64,000 nt of DNA, taken from positions 16,395,166 to 16,459,165 of the forward strand of contig CAJINV010000001.1 of the NCBI GenBank assembly GCA_905178155.1, given 5' to 3'. The DNA comes from Amoebophrya sp. A120 (Eukaryota > Protista > Dinoflagellata). How positions within the stretch are numbered: the stretch's first letter is position 1; every line of letters begins with the position of its first letter. Below, in pieces: positions 38,169-48,773 of this stretch. The notes under the pieces were generated by a model. That model saw only the letters and a list, made by a program, of their open reading frames with translations. It ran no database searches and had not been told where the DNA came from. A program made the translations under genes and the position numbers.

Positions 38169-41100
38169 ATGGCGATGGAGCTTGAGCACGCGATCGGGTG
38201 CAATGTGGGTTTCACGGAAATCGCGCATTGCCACCCGAACGGCTCCCACTACGTCTACGCGATCGGCGCCCAGGTCGTTGCCAGCAGCATCGAAGATCAC
38301 CACGACCAAAAGTTCTTCCACGGCCACGATGATTTCGTGACGTGTGTAGCGGTAAGCCACGATGGGCGCATGATTGCGAGCGGGCAACAGGGGAAAAGCG
38401 CCGATGTGCTCCTATGGGATTTCCGCACCCCAGGGGACCAGCCACTGTTCCGCTTCCAGGAGCACGACTATGGAATTACGTACTTCGAGTTTTCATGACA
38501 TTTTTGTTGAGCATTTGCATTCCTCAGTGACGAGTAGGAATAAAAGCGCAAGACATCTTACCCAAACTCCATCACAGGCGAGTTGCATTTTCCCACGACG
38601 ACACGCTCCTCCTGTCTATGGGGTTTCGTGATGACGGGCGCCTTTTCGCATGGGACACACATACCGGGCTGATTGTCGCATGGGTGTCGCTGGAAACCAA
38701 CCCCCTCGTTTGTACAGTTTGCTTTAAGCTTTCCTGTCGATCAAATTTTTTTTGATAGTCTTGTATAGGCATAGGAGATTGCGTCAATTGAAAACCGATC
38801 CTCACACACTGATTTTCGCACCGCTTTTTCTGAGCGGGCGCAATTATTCTGAAACAGCTTGCCTGCTGCAGGGGCAGTTCGTACGAGACATCAAGCGCAG
38901 GGACACGCCGTTGTACCAGTTTGCGTCATGCGGAGCGCAAATTGTCACTGTCTGGAACGTCGACACCGGCAACGGGGCCTTCCACCAAAATAACGTGCAT
39001 GCAGCAGGTGCGATACTTCAACTTCTTCGTACTTGGAGGAGGCGGCAGAAACGAAATGAAGTCGCTTTCATATGGAAGGATCGATGTCATGCTGCGAAAG
39101 ATTCTCCACAACTTGAAACGCCAGTAAGTTTGCATTGATTTTCAAAATTTTTCAGATAAGACGCGGCGCGAATACACGGCCCTGACGTTCTCGTCAGACT
39201 TCGAGTACTTGTACGCGGGCACGACGACGGGCGACATTGCGTGCATTTTGATGAAAAGCAGGGTGATCCAGAAGTACATTACGGCCGTTTCAAACGTGTC
39301 CGCAATCCGCTCCCTGGCCACGATCACCACACCCGATAGCGCGAGCGAGACTCTTTTGGTCGGCGGAACCAGTGGTGCGCTCACGCTCTTCACCGGTGCA
39401 ACGTGGAGCGACCTAATCGATACGGATCAGATAAGACTGGACTCAGCTGTTTCATCCGTCCGTGCCTGTGCAAGCACATCATCTAGTAGCGCGGCCGCAG
39501 ACGACGCTGTGAGCAGAGCGGACGAGGCCCTCGTGACCACCGTGACTGGGAGCATCTTCCGTGTTATCCTGAGTAAAAACGTACCCACACCAGAGTCAGG
39601 ATGGGGAATCTGCTAGACAAATCAGCCAGCTTTGGTTGTTTGGCATGACAAGTTTGTCCGCGTAGTGTAGTGCTGTTTGAGCTAGTTTGGCAGCATTACA
39701 GATTGGAGCATGACAAATTTCAAAACCGCACTAGAAAATGCTTCTCATGGGGCTCCGCATGAGAAACATTTTAAGCATGCAGAGACAGATGCATGACAAC
39801 TACGGTGTGGGTACGTTTTTACTCAGGATACGTGTGAAGACGAAGTCGCTAGCCTTCTCTACCTACGCGCATAACCCCGCCGGGGCGCTGACCCACGTCA
39901 CTTTTCCGTTCTCGAGTTGCGATAGGATACTAACGTGTTGCGCGGACGGCAACGTCATTTTATGGGACCTGAACGACTACACGGCACAAGTGAGATGCAC
40001 GGAGAGGTAAGCTAGCTGCTCCTTCGCACTAGGTGTGAAAAAGATCTTCTTTTGCCGACACAACTCGAAAGCTAAGTCAAAGCTGTGCTTGGTGTCCGTT
40101 GAGCCACTGTGTTATCAGAGAATGTGTTGCATGTTAGGCTTGAGTTTATTTTTTCCAGGAAATATAGATGACAAAAATGCGAAAACAGGGCCTCTCCGGT
40201 GCCGACGTGTGGTGTTGGGTCTGCGGACATCATTGTTGCTGGCTACGAAGACGGCAAAATAAAAGGATTCGATGCTGTGCAGGGAGCGGGGCTCTGGAAG
40301 GTGCCAGTTTGTTGCTGATAAGCGTTTCTAGTCGAAGTTTGCAAAAGCGAACCTGTTCTACATATTCCTAGATTATTGCAACCATATCTTTATCTTTTCA
40401 GTCCTTAGAGTTGCTTTTCGTAAACAGATCGACAACACGCACAAGAAGGGTGTTTCCACCTTAGCTCTCGCACGGAACATGCGGTTCGTGGTCTCTGGAG
40501 GAGTGGAAGGCGATCTGCGGGTGTGGCTATCGCACAGAAGATTACCAGGCTGGATGCCCACGTTGTTTGCGAAATGCTGAGAGTGAAAGCAAATTCAACA
40601 CAAAAAAATTCTCTATCGCGCGATCTCATAATTTATTGCATAGCATGGTACGTATGGATTTCTTCTCGTATCTATTGGCTTATACCTGAGAAATGAAATC
40701 ACGCATGTGTAATCTTCAGTATGATAGTAGGAAACCAAAACCAAGGAGATGATCACGCACATGAAGGAGCACGTTGGGCGCATCAATCAAACGGAGCTTT
40801 TTACCAACGACCAATACGCCATATCATGCAGGTGCCATCGTCTGTTTGCTTTCTTGACTTCGTAATGAATCCTTAATTTTCCTTTGCACAACCCGTGTTT
40901 TTCTTGCGCCGGCGAGGCAACGGTAATCAACGCCGACACCTGAAAAAAGAAAATCCACTCAACAGCCGTGATCGTTGTCTGCTCACCTGGGATCTTCGCG
41001 CCGAGCGCCGGCTGACCATGCACCGCGAGAAGCATGGAGGACTAAACGGGTTGGTCATGGCATCCGACCAAACCACGGTGGTGACGGCCGGAATGGAAAA

Positions 41101-42678
41101 AACCATGACATTCTGGGATCTGAGGCAACAGGACGCCTCCTACTACATCGACGTTCCGGACGAGGAGCTTCTGGCACTAGACATGAGCCACAACGAAAAA
41201 TATTTGGTCACGGGAGGTAGAAGATTTCTTGACCTTTCACGTCGAATATCTCTCGGTGCAGAAGCACTTGTTCGCAGCAATGCAAATGATGCTGAAGATG
41301 CAGTACGAGGATAGAGAAGGCCGCAATCACAATGCATATCAGAATTTTACCAAATCCAAAGGTACTGGCCATACAGTGAAGCTTTGGGATCTGCGCAACG
41401 TCCAGCAGGGTCCGTTGAGCGTCGGCAGCGGACACAGCCGCGATATTGTCAGCGTGAAATTCGCGGAGGACGACAAGCAAGCGATTTCCGCCGCGAAAGA
41501 CCATTCGATCCTCGTACTAAGTGGAAAAATGTCTGCAGCAAAAAAAATCAAAATTTTTGGTAGTGCAGTTTGTGCCCTTCTCTTCTCGCCCGGACTGCAG
41601 CGCGCTGGTGCGTGCCGTGGCCTCCATGCTGGGGAACTTGACCGAGGTGCTGTACTCCATTCCTGCTGCGTCGTTTGGTCGAAGCTCCCGCGCGAGCTTG
41701 AAGGCCCCCTAGTAGTCAGCCCAAGCGTTCGTCCTCATCCTTCTCGTTCTGGAAGTAAGTAGTTCCTTTGCCCATGCTCCTGTCCAGCATGCCGCAACCC
41801 TCAGCCAGGTATTTGGGCGTGAAGCCCCTCCCGCCAAAAGTGGCAATTTGTAATGCGCGTTTCGCATTACAAATGGCCATCTTTTGTGACCCGTCTTGGG
41901 CTCGCTCTCCGGGCCGGGTCACAAATCTGAGCCCCTGCATCAGCAGAATTGGGTGCTGTGAAGGTTCAGATTTGTGATGCCAAAAGAGGCTCCGCCAAAA
42001 ACGTCTGCACCTCGACTATGAGGTCCCCAAGTGGAGGCGCAGACGTTTTTGGCGAGGGGGGGGGAAAGTGAGGCTGATAGCCCGCGTTTGTCTGCGCCGC
42101 CAAAAACGTCTGCACCTCCGAAATTGGCCTCCAGATGAGGTGTCTTCGGACACCTCTTCGGAGTCCTCCCGAGTCGCGGACCTTCGGGGCGACAAATTGC
42201 GGCCGCCCTTTTCGCAGGGCCCCGACCTGTATCGGGCTGAATTTGCAGGCAAAAGCCTGCGATTTGAGCTCATCCCCGAGTCGGCCTCCTCCGAGGCCGC
42301 GAGGTTTGAACCAAAAGCGAGCCTCTTGGTCAGCAAATTCAACCCATTCTCAAACAAGACATGTACGCGGTAAATCGTCAGGAATCAGGAGGGGGTGTGG
42401 GAACTTGAAGAACTACAACTGCGAACCCGGGTGGACGACGCCCACCGATACCGACGTACCTAGTCCCCCGGTGGCTGAGTTGTCTCCTCTGCTTCGTCCG
42501 CCGAGGCCTTGCCGGAATACCTGGCCTACCCATTTCCTTGATTTTGTTTCATTGTGAAAAAAAATAAACATACAAGCAGGCGCCCGAAAAGGTAGGATAC
42601 AAAAATTTTGATTTTTTTAGCTGCAGACATTTTTCAGTTTAGTACCTCGTGTGGAACATTTACGACAAGTCAGCGTGA
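38169..42678 (+). CDS. cilia/flagella WD40 protein, CFAP52 (WDR16)-like
   Basis: MELEHAIG start, FFHGHDDFVTCVAVSHDGRMIASGQ, YLYAGTTTGD, multiple WD repeats, C-terminal DHSILVWNIY. About 11 exons, three of the junctions being TIR elements. Confidence 0.8.
39565..39830. mobile_element. introner-like TIR element in exon (TSD CGTGT)
   Basis: Perfect 27-bp TIR TATCCTGAGTAAAAACGTACCCACACC. CGTGT at 39560-39564 and 39831-39835. Several GCATGACAA motifs. Removal restores FRVKTK. Confidence 0.95.
40528..40726. mobile_element. introner-like TIR element in a WD motif
   Basis: TATCGCACAGAAGATTAC / GTAATCTTCAGTATGATA. Flanks GTGGC/GTAGG are each one change from GTGGG. Removal restores LRVWETK. Confidence 0.8.
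41515..42644. mobile_element. 1.13-kb non-autonomous TIR element in the last coding region of the WD40 gene (TSD CCTCG)
   Basis: ~44-bp TIR TACTAAGTGGAAAAATGTCTGCAGCAAAAAAAATCAAAATTTT / AAAATTTTGATTTTTTTAGCTGCAGACATTTTTCAGTTTAGTA. CCTCG at 41510-41514 and 42645-42649. Internal CGCCAAAAACGTCTGCACCTC repeats. Confidence 0.92.
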
Positions 42679-42749
42679 AATTCGCGGAGGACGACAAGCA
42701 AGCGATTTCCGCCGCGAAAGACCATTCCATCCTTGTTTGGAACATTTAC

Positions 42750-43682
42750 TTCAAAAAAGAAAATTTAAGAGCAGGACGATAATTCAGTTTTTTGGGTGTG
42801 TGTCCACAGCGAGCCAGCTAGCCAAAAAAACGGGCGAGAACCCGCACCATACGCGACCAACATGCCGCGAGTCGTGCCTCCTCGCAAAGTCGCGATCGAC
42901 CGACGCACAGCTCACAGTGAGGGAGGGGGGGGCGCCCATTCACCGCTTGAAGGGGCGCAAGGGGCTCCCGGTAGAGTAAGTCGCGTCGCAGTATCGTTGG
43001 CCCAAATGTGGCGAGCGTCACAGCCGGCAACTTTGATCGCGCGGCCTGCAGGTCTCGGCTCAGGACCAGGAGTCTCCTTTCACCCTTTGCCGCGCAAAGG
43101 GTGAAAAGGGACTGTGGATAGCAAGGCACGACGCAGTACCTTGAGCCAAAAGTGCTCAAGGTCTGCGTCCGCGACTTCGATCGAGTGGTCCACAAGTCTC
43201 AACTCCGGGCTTTTTCTCCCCTTTGCCTCGCGAAGGGTGAAAAGGGACTCAGGATAGGAAGTCACGACGCAGTACCTTGAGCCAAAAGCGCTCAAGGTCC
43301 ACGTGTGTGACATTGGTCGATTGGCACACAAGTCTCAATTAGGAGCCTCCTTGCTTTCTTTTCCCCGCGAAGGGTGAAAAGGGACTCCAGGTAGCAAGTA
43401 GCGGCGTAGTACCTTGAGCCAATTGTGCTACGCTGCGCGACCCGCATCGTTGTGCGCTTGATCCACAAGTCTCAATTAAGTACTTTCGCAAGAAATCGTC
43501 TGCCTTCTCCAGCATTCCGTGGTGAGTAAAGTTCTACAGCTAGTATTTTGAATCAGGTGAACTAGATCTGTAGAACGTTAAACACCATGGCGCGCTGCGC
43601 CTGGCGCTTTTGCAGCGCCATCACTTGCAATAAAATCCTCGCGGTTGGCGTGGGCGCCGATCGCGATGATTTTCTGGTGACC
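42750..43682. mobile_element. 933-bp insertion carrying SL-like tandem units, flanked by a 76-bp duplication of the WD40 gene 3' end
   Basis: Identical 76-bp repeat at 42674-42749 and 43683-43758. Three ~136-bp internal units. No clear TIR. Confidence 0.75.
43104..43475 (-). ncRNA. three tandem spliced-leader (DinoSL)-like RNA gene units
   Basis: Minus-strand leaders ACCTTGAGCACTTTTGGCTCAAG, ACCTTGAGCGCTTTTGGCTCAAG and AGCGTAGCACAATTGGCTCAAG, each followed by a 32-nt segment starting GTAC and then TTTT. Compare DinoSL DCCGTAGCCATTTTGGCTCAAG. Expression not shown. Confidence 0.65.
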
Positions 43683-44641
43683 CGTGAAATTCGCGGAGGA
43701 CGACAAGCAAGCGATTTCCGCCGCGAAAGACCATTCCATCCTTGTTTGGAACATTTACGACACGTAAAGTCCGAGGCGGTCGGAATCTGGATGGCGCTCG
43801 CAGTCTCGCAACGATAATCTGTAGCTCGAAAGAGTCTTCTCAGTCTTCTTTTTCAATTCAAAAGCACGTAGTGGGTAGCTCAACAACAAAGTTTTAATCA
43901 GATCAAACTAGTATACGAAGAGATTCTTGTACTTGTAGTGGATATTTACGTAGCACATTATTACCTGGCTCGATGTAGAAGGACCAGGCGAGGACTTTCG
44001 CGTTCAGCTAGAAATGCCTGGACATCATTTTCATTTTGTTACTAGAGCCTTGCACAAGGAGCAGACTGTCTTCCTGGACCGATTCTCAAGTGCTCATCGA
44101 ATAGATGAAGAAGGATGTCAGTTGTTTTTTGCACTTGCAGTTGCACGACAGACGAAAACACAATGCGCGGGAAAAGATGAGACTGCAGCACCACACAAAT
44201 GTCCAACTTTTCGATTGCTATCGATCTAGTTGCGAGCCGGTCGCTGCAGGAAGGTGGTCTGGTGTTTTGATTTCTTTGCTTTTGTACAGCATGCAAGGTT
44301 CGAGCTCGCAGAGCCAGAAGCAGCGTAGCAGGTAGAGGATCACTTGGTCTTCCTGTTTCCGACGGCTTTAAAGCTGCCCGTACCATAGCAAAGCCTATTT
44401 AGCTACCCTGAGTAGAAGCAGAGTTTTTTTCCCAATTTGTTTTCATGAAAACAGAATTTTTGGTAAGTTGTTGCAGCGAAGGCACAAGAATAATGGTTCG
44501 CGGCGTGCGGTGAGCTACTTTTCATTTGCCAGACAGACCAACCGCGACATCATGCCGTCGGCGGGGGCCGTCGCTCTGCTTGGCGCACCTCGAGGCCCCA
44601 TTGCAGTACGTATCTGACTAGCCTTCTAGGTCGTCATCGCC

Positions 44642-47010
44642 ATGGAGGGCCTCAAGGACCCATGTGGTGACCGGGTGGTGAAAAGCCTGCCACCCCCACC
44701 TGCAAAGCCGCTGGACGAAGCTTTGCTTTATCCGGAAAACGGAGACAAAAAGAAACCTGATGTTGCAGTGTTGAAAAAGCACCTGCTGAGGGAGGGCAAG
44801 CTCTCCAAGCAAACGCTTTTGGATATAATAGCCCGGGTTACCGAGATCTACAGGAGCGAACCGACGTTGGTATCATTTTGGTTCCATCGACCCAGATACT
44901 TCTGCCGCTCAAGTGAACCTGGACCTGCTTCGTGTCTTTGAGCAGATCGCGTGCATGTCTTGCCTACACCCACATTGTTTTCCGATGAAGTACTTAACAA
45001 ACAAACTGCAGACTCAAATTCTTTTGCCCCCAAGGTGAAAGTCCGAGACCCGATAACAGTTGTTGGGGACATTCATGGACAATTTTACGACTTTGTCAAA
45101 ATGCTGGACGTTGGCGGCGATCCTATGACGACGCAGACCCAGTACCTGTTTCTCGGTACATGCCTACTAGCAGAACTGCTGTTGAAGTAGTTGAATTCAT
45201 TCATTGCTTTGTTAGCATGGTTTGCCTTCCACGAAACACGCCTGGTGCCGCGGTTCAAAGCAATCCTTCTGCAAGAAAATCATCCAAAAAGGTGACTACG
45301 TCGATCGCGGTTCCTACGCAATAGAGGTGCTCATGGTGCTGTTTTGCACGAAGATTACCCACCCGAAACGAATATGGATGTTGCGGGGCAATCACGAATG
45401 CAGGCAGATGTCGGCGTTTTTCAACTTTCGGGACGAGTGCGAGTACGCTTTTTTTGCGACGATTTTATTAGTACAAAACTGTATCTTTATTATTCTATTC
45501 TTTAGAAGTTTTGCTCATGCGCATCCATAGTATCCTTTTTGCTGCAACATCGCTACCGCTACATTCAGGTCGAAGTATGACACGACCGTCTACAATGCGT
45601 TCATGGAATGTTTCGACGCCCTCCCGCTCGCGTGCTTGATAAATGGCAAGTTTCTGGGCGTGCACGGGGGGATTTCGCCCGATCTCGTTTCCCTGAAGCA
45701 GCTTGACCGCGTGGATCGGTTTGCGGAGCCGCCCAGGGAAGGAGTGCTGTGCGACTTGATTTGGGCCGACCCCATGGACGAAGCCAACGAACCGAATGCC
45801 AAGGACGTGTTTGTTAAAAACGAAGTCCGCGGCTGCAGCTGGTTCTTTACTTACGAGGCGGCCACGCAGTTCCTGTACAAAAACAGTCTGCTCAGCGTCA
45901 TAAGAGCGCACGAAGCGCAGATAGAAGGGTAAGCACGTTTCACTTTCAGACGCTCGTAATAAAACCGTCTGTGCACCCTCGATGCACTTCTTGTTTTGCT
46001 GTGTCAAGCACTTCTTCTAAAGAATTGTTTTTCGTTTGCACGATTATCAGGTACAAGATGCACAAGACGAATCAAGCGACCGGCTTCCCGACGGTGATCA
46101 CGATTTTCAGTGCTCCGAACTATTGCGACGTGTACAACAACAAGGGCGCTATACTGAAATTCGACAACAACACACTGAATATCCTGCAGTTCAACTTTAG
46201 CCAGCATCCGTATCACCTACCGAACTTCATGGACGTGTTCACCTGGTCGCTGCCCTTTGTGGTCGAAAAGGTCACGGAAATGCTGTACTACATGCTGCAG
46301 CCCAGTAGCGACCAGGAAGCAGAGCGCGAAATCGACGAGAAAGAGCTGCCGCCGGCGGTACACAAGATCGTGCGAGACAGCCTGTCGATGGAGCAGAACG
46401 AAGCAGTAAATATCTTTGATACTTGTTTGTCATGTGGCTCTTCCAGTGCCGCACAACTTCGAATCAAAAACAGTGTGCACCTCTAGCTCCTTGCGGCATT
46501 GCATCTCGAAAGGATAAGTTTTGAAAAAGTAGCAGTCTATCACAAAAATCTCAGATCAACCTCGCCGCGCGCCTGGCAGAGGGCCTGGAGGGCCATGACG
46601 CATCGCCAGGAGGCACGAAAAAGGCTGTCATGCCAACAAACGAGCAACTGGATGCGAGCGAAAGGCACGACCGGTTGCGCAAGAAAGTGAAGACGATAGC
46701 AAGGATGGCGAGTACGATGATTTTGTTGCACTTTTTCAACACAGAAGATCATGGACCACGAGTGATCAGATTCGTTCCTACTTGTTCATCAAAAATTTTC
46801 AACGCTTCTCCAAAAAATTATATAACAGGGATGTTCAAGACGCTACGACAGGAGAATGAGGCTGTGATTCGCTTGAAAGGCGTTTGCCCTGGGCACAGGC
46901 TGCCGCCCGGACTGCTACTGGCTGGGAAGAGCGGACTGGCGACAGAACTGGAGAGGTTCGATCACGCAAGATCGGTCGATTTGCGCAACGAACTGCGTCC
47001 TGACACCTAG
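44642..47010 (+). CDS. CNA: calcineurin (PP2B) catalytic subunit A
   Basis: [68 protein letters not shown]-terminal autoinhibitory [15 protein letters not shown]. Six GT-AG introns. Confidence 0.97.
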
Positions 47011-47016
47011 AATAAG

Positions 47017-48042
47017 CTAACATAGAATCTCGACGTGACCGGGCCGGTCACGTCCGCCCGGCCGGCCGGGCGGCCGGACCGTGACCGGGGGTTGTCCCTG
47101 GTCAGCCCACATCCTGGAGCCAGTCGCTCGTGGGGGTAGGAGGTGACGGCACTGCACCTTGAGCCAAAGTTGTGCAGTGGTAGAATGCACCTCGCGGCAC
47201 CTTGGAGCCCTAGGCCTTAATATGTAACGCGCCCGAGCGCGAGCGCATGCCCATAGAGATGGACCTGCTGCAGCAAGTAGCAGTGACTTGAAGTCTGCAT
47301 CGAGGGCGCAACGCCGTGACTTGCTACCCTCCGTCCCTTTTTACCCCTCGCGCGCACGCAGAGTGAAAAGTTAGTGGGAGGATGGAGTCGCGGCACTGTG
47401 CCTTGAGCCAAAGTCGTCCAGTGGTACAGTGCGGCTCACTGAACCTCGGAGCCACGACTTCGTTCTGGGCTCAATTGCACAGCGCCGTGACTACAGGCCT
47501 CAATATGCACCTGAAAGCCACAGGTCTCAATATGCGACGCGTCGTCCGAGCTCAGGCGGATCCAAGTGGCAACGCCACGAAGTCTGCAGCGAGACACTTT
47601 TGGCCCAAGGTGCAACGCGGTGAATTGCTGGCCCCAGCTCCTTTTCTCCGTTTGCGCGCAAGCAGAGTCGGGGAAACGGACGGGGGCGCAGGAGTCGCAG
47701 CCACGTGCGTGGGGGTTGGGTTGGGGTGGGTGGGCGGGGTGTTTCGAGCGGTTGCCAGCGGTGTCTCGCTGCTGTAGCTACTGCTACTGCATAAATAAGT
47801 CCGCCCCCGCAATGCTAGCTACTTTGCAGGAGCGTGAGGCCCAGCCAGGCTTTCGATTGTAGGCACTGCGGGTGGAGCTGGAGCCGGAGCGGCTCTGCTC
47901 CGCGCACCACATAAAACTAACATCTGGCGCAGCCCGCGCCCGGATAGCAGCCGCGGGACATAGTCTACCCCCGGTCACGGTCCGGCCGGCCGGCCGGCCG
48001 GGTGGACGTGACCTCCCCGGTCACGTCGAGATTCTCTGTTAG
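47017..48042. mobile_element. ~1.03-kb TIR element with SL-like units, flanked by a 68-bp duplication of the calcineurin 3' end
   Basis: ~76-bp TIRs at 47017-47092 and 47967-48042 (CTAACATAGAATCTCGACGTGACCGGG... / ...CCGGTCACGTCGAGATTCTCTGTTAG). Identical 68-bp repeat at 46943-47010 and 48050-48117, including the stop codon. Confidence 0.92.
47126..47645. ncRNA. three diverged SL-like units (two on the minus strand, one on the plus strand)
   Basis: Minus: CTTTGGCTCAAG|GTGC ending at 47158 and CTTTGGCTCAAG|GCAC ending at 47402. Plus: AGCGAGACACTTTTGGCCCAAG|GTGC at 47588-47609. The latter two keep the 32-nt spacing to TTTT. Confidence 0.55.
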
Positions 48043-48773
48043 AACCTCTCAGAACTGGAGAGGTTCGATCACGCAAGATCGGTCGATTTGCGCAACGAAC
48101 TGCGTCCTGACACCTAGTCGGGAGCGGGAAGCAGCGGCGTCTGCTTCGAGTAGGAGTTCTGCGTGATATCGCTGATTTTTAGTGCCCTCAACGTGAAACC
48201 AACCACGGTGTTACGCTTTTTGATTTTACCAACCACGCAACTGAGCGTTGTTCAATATCAATTCATCTATTACTTACAAGAACAGCAAAGTAGGCTTGAA
48301 AGTCGAGTATAGTAGAGTTCTTTGTCATTTTTCCAAATATTACCAACAGAATTTTTTACTTGTATTTCGTCCAGAACAGACAAAGATGTGCTTTCCTCCT
48401 TGTCAATTGACAAGAAACATGAAGAAACAAGTCATGCTGGCCTAAGTGCCATTTCCGGCGAGCCAGTCGTGACAATATTGTGCCACATAACATCATAGGT
48501 TCTTGTTTCGTCGTGATAGCTGTTCGCCTAGTAACAGAGCTTGTGTTTGTAGTTTCGCGGTAATGTTATGTTTGCGTTTTGGCAGATAATTGTTGCCATT
48601 TTTTCAAAGTTGTCTGTGTTCAGGGAGGAGTTATTTTTTTGTCGTGTCTAGCAATGCAAATCGAGCGCGAGTGATCAGAGCGACCTTCAGCTTTTCCAGC
48701 CTTGAAGTGGGTCGTCGCAAAAGTTTCCTCATAGAGTCTGACTTTCAACTAGTATGCTCGCATCGATCCATTC

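Noticed and set aside
41560-42560. Transposase remnant in the 1.13-kb TIR element
   Set aside because: Only short ORFs with no recognisable DDE or other motif.
43070-43480. CRISPR array or ribozyme/retrozyme repeats
   Set aside because: Units are ~136 bp with several conserved boxes rather than repeat-spacer. No cas genes and no hammerhead CTGANGA/GAAA core. The SL match explains them better.
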